Shown one piece after another: positions 61,966 through 64,000 of a DNA stretch of 64,000 bases; position 1 is the first letter of the stretch; every line of letters begins with the position of its first letter. Location: positions 1,696,001 through 1,760,000 of the forward strand of contig OY761159.2 in NCBI GenBank assembly GCA_963664395.2, in the 5' to 3' direction. The stretch is from Candidatus Binatia bacterium. Lineage in GTDB: Bacteria > Desulfobacterota > Binatia > Bin18. Made by a program: the position numbers and the translations under genes. A model generated the notes under the pieces. It was not told the origin of the DNA. It saw only the letters and a program-made list of their open reading frames with translations, and searched no databases.

Positions 61966-64000
61966 TCACTCTACGTCCGTAATGACAAAATTCTGACTAT
62001 TCTGCTGCCATTCCAGCAGCACGCTCTGCCCCAAGCGGAGAAAGTCGTCCACCACACATTCCCCCTCGGCCCCCCGCAGAAACTCTTCTCCCAGCGTCGT
62101 CACCCGCACAGTGGCCCGGCCTAACTCAACGTCGTCCACGTAGGCGACGACTTCATGCTCCCCCTCCCCCAACAGATTCCAGTTGAACAACAACCCAAAG
62201 CCGTTGTCCGTATCCCCACACACTCCGGCTGTATCTAACCGCTCCGTCCCATACGCCGCCACCTGCCGCCCGGCAGTCCCAATCGCAAGCTCAACCGTGT
62301 CGGCGTCACATACCCAGCCCGAGAGCACCCGGACCCCACTCTGAAAGGAGTTATGCCCCGGATTCTCCAAATACCCCGTCAGCCCACTCGTCCGGCCCGT
62401 GGTGGCACCGGCCGGGGGACTCCCCCCCGCAATGACGAAGTTCTGACTGTTCTGCTGCCACACCAGCGTCACGCGCTCGCCCTGCGTCGGGAAGTCTGCG
62501 GCCTCACACGTCCCCGCTACCCCCCGCAGAAACTCCTGTCCCAGTGTCGTCACGGTCACGCTCGCCTGGTCCAACTCCACCCCATCGACGAAGGCCACCA
62601 CCGTGTGATCTCCATCCCCCAACAGATTCCAGTTGAACAAGAGGCCAAAGCCATTGTCCGTGTCCCCACACACCCCGGCGGTGTCCAGCCGCTCCGTCCC
62701 ATACGCGGCCTCCTGCGGCATCCCGTTCAATTCGATCTCCACCACCGCCGCCTCACACACCCAGCCCGAGAGAATGCCCACCCCACTTTGAAACGAATCG
62801 GCACCGGGGTTCTCCAGATAGCCCGGCGTAAAGGTGATCTCGACGGCATACGTCCCCGTCGCCCCGCCTTGCCCTTGCACGGCCACGACGATGGGGCCGG
62901 CCTGCACGCGGGCGCCAAGTCGGTCATCCGGCTGCCTACCCGTAGGGCCGGTCGCCAAGACCGTCCCGTCTTGCCAGATCGTTCCTCGGGTCGGCACTCC
63001 CCTGGTGGTGTCCACAAAGATGAGGCCCTGGCCGGGGACAGTGACGGTAAAATAATCCACGTCGGCAGCCGGACAGATGGCTCCAGCAGTCACGGCAGAC
63101 AGCGCAATGTCCGTGGCCTGCGCAGCGCTGTTGCCGTGCAAGTCCTCCGCGCAGGCGGGACCTCGGCCACCACCACCGCCGCCACCACTACCGCCGCCGC
63201 CACTACCGCCGCCGCCGCCGCCACTACCCCGAGCCAAGACCGTGTTGGTCGTCACTGCCGTCACCGCCTCTCTTTTGGCCGTCCCCTGCCCGTCGGTATA
63301 GGACACCGTGGCCCGCAGATAGTAGCCGAGATCGTCGTCCACCGGCGTATAGGTCGCCGTCGTGGTCGGGGTGAAAGCGCAGGCGATCCTGTCCGTATCG
63401 GTCGGAGGGAAGGCTGGTAAGAGTGATCGCTCCCAGCACCACTCGGTGGTGGCCGTGTCCACCCCGTCCGGGTCGCTCACCCTCGCGGTGAGCTCTCTCC
63501 CCAACTGGGGCTGATTCGATAACAGACGGACCATGCCGAGGGCATCCTCTATCGTGACAGTCACAACCAGGGGCCCGGGGAGAGGCTCGTCAGAGGCTGT
63601 GGCTTGCACGGTCACCGCATACTCATTGTCCAGGTTGTTGGGGTCCTCATAGTCCGGTGACGCAGTGAAACGCAGTACCCCATTCGAGATGGTAAAGGCA
63701 TCTTTGTCGGCTCCATCCAGGCCCCACCGGATCGAAATGTTCCGTGGGTCCGGGTTGCTCGCCGTGTAGGTGGCCACCGGTCCCGTCCCGCCCTCTACGT
63801 ACTCTGGGTCGGAGTCTCCCTCCACCTCGGGTGGGTCGTCATCCGTGATGGTCACGATCACCGGCCTCACATTCATCGACTGCACCCCTTGGGCGTTCTC
63901 CGCCCGCCCGCGCACGGTCACCTGCTTGTCCGCCTCATCTTCCGGGTTGTTCCGCGCTGTGAGCGTCACGCCACCGATGCTCTCCGTCTCCCCCGCCAGG
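61966..64000 (-). CDS. Large surface protein (3' part): Calx-beta/cadherin-like and Ig-like domains, Gly linker, PPC-like domain, two C-terminal SG-x-G-x-x-SGW-x-C modules
   Basis: VTITDDD, PDYEDP..DNEYAVTVQA, SDPDG, poly-G/S linker and DVDYF; the frame stays open to the window edge. Confidence 0.85.
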   Translation of the reverse strand, partial: LAGETESIGGVTLTARNNPEDEADKQVTVRGRAENAQGVQSMNVRPVIVTITDDDPPEVEGDSDPEYVEGGTGPVATYTASNPDPRNISIRWGLDGADKDAFTISNGVLRFTASPDYEDPNNLDNEYAVTVQATASDEPLPGPLVVTVTIEDALGMVRLLSNQPQLGRELTARVSDPDGVDTATTEWCWERSLLPAFPPTDTDRIACAFTPTTTATYTPVDDDLGYYLRATVSYTDGQGTAKREAVTAVTTNTVLARGSGGGGGGSGGGGSGGGGGGGRGPACAEDLHGNSAAQATDIALSAVTAGAICPAADVDYFTVTVPGQGLIFVDTTRGVPTRGTIWQDGTVLATGPTGRQPDDRLGARVQAGPIVVAVQGQGGATGTYAVEITFTPGYLENPGADSFQSGVGILSGWVCEAAVVEIELNGMPQEAAYGTERLDTAGVCGDTDNGFGLLFNWNLLGDGDHTVVAFVDGVELDQASVTVTTLGQEFLRGVAGTCEAADFPTQGERVTLVWQQNSQNFVIAGGSPPAGATTGRTSGLTGYLENPGHNSFQSGVRVLSGWVCDADTVELAIGTAGRQVAAYGTERLDTAGVCGDTDNGFGLLFNWNLLGEGEHEVVAYVDDVELGRATVRVTTLGEEFLRGAEGECVVDDFLRLGQSVLLEWQQNSQNFVITDVE

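Noticed and set aside
63165-63230. GCC/ACC trinucleotide repeat as a contingency locus
   Set aside because: It encodes an in-frame Gly/Ser linker, so length changes would not shift the frame.

Overview
GC-rich bacterial window. The gene content (expanded BVMO, LLM and amidohydrolase families, TPR and cadherin-like secreted proteins) resembles a Binatia/deltaproteobacteria-type sponge symbiont; this is inference only. Positions 1-15.8 kb hold a minus-strand dcw cluster (mraZ-rsmH-ftsL-ftsI-murE-mraY-murD-ftsW-murG-murC-murB-ddl-ftsQ-ftsA-ftsZ') with a canonical MraZ-box promoter but no murF. Positions 16-31 kb carry serine and purine genes and catabolic enzymes. Positions 31-64 kb are an accessory mosaic of oxygenases, gene fragments, IS remnants, many palindromic REP-like repeats and secreted proteins. 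It includes a ~7.7 kb defence-like island (PRTase, truncated type I-G cas3, SLATT, fused restriction-methylase, DUF2235) bracketed by a 53-bp direct repeat. Main highlights: (1) a ~140-aa Cys-containing module that I cannot assign to a named family, present 5 times on three unrelated secreted proteins, with the two C-terminal-pair genes each followed by the same REP-like repeat; (2) an AhpD/CMD-like selenoprotein split by the ORF caller (CxxU plus SECIS-like hairpin); (3) the integrase-free direct-repeat island; (4) repeat-derived sequence translated inside murD and murE.
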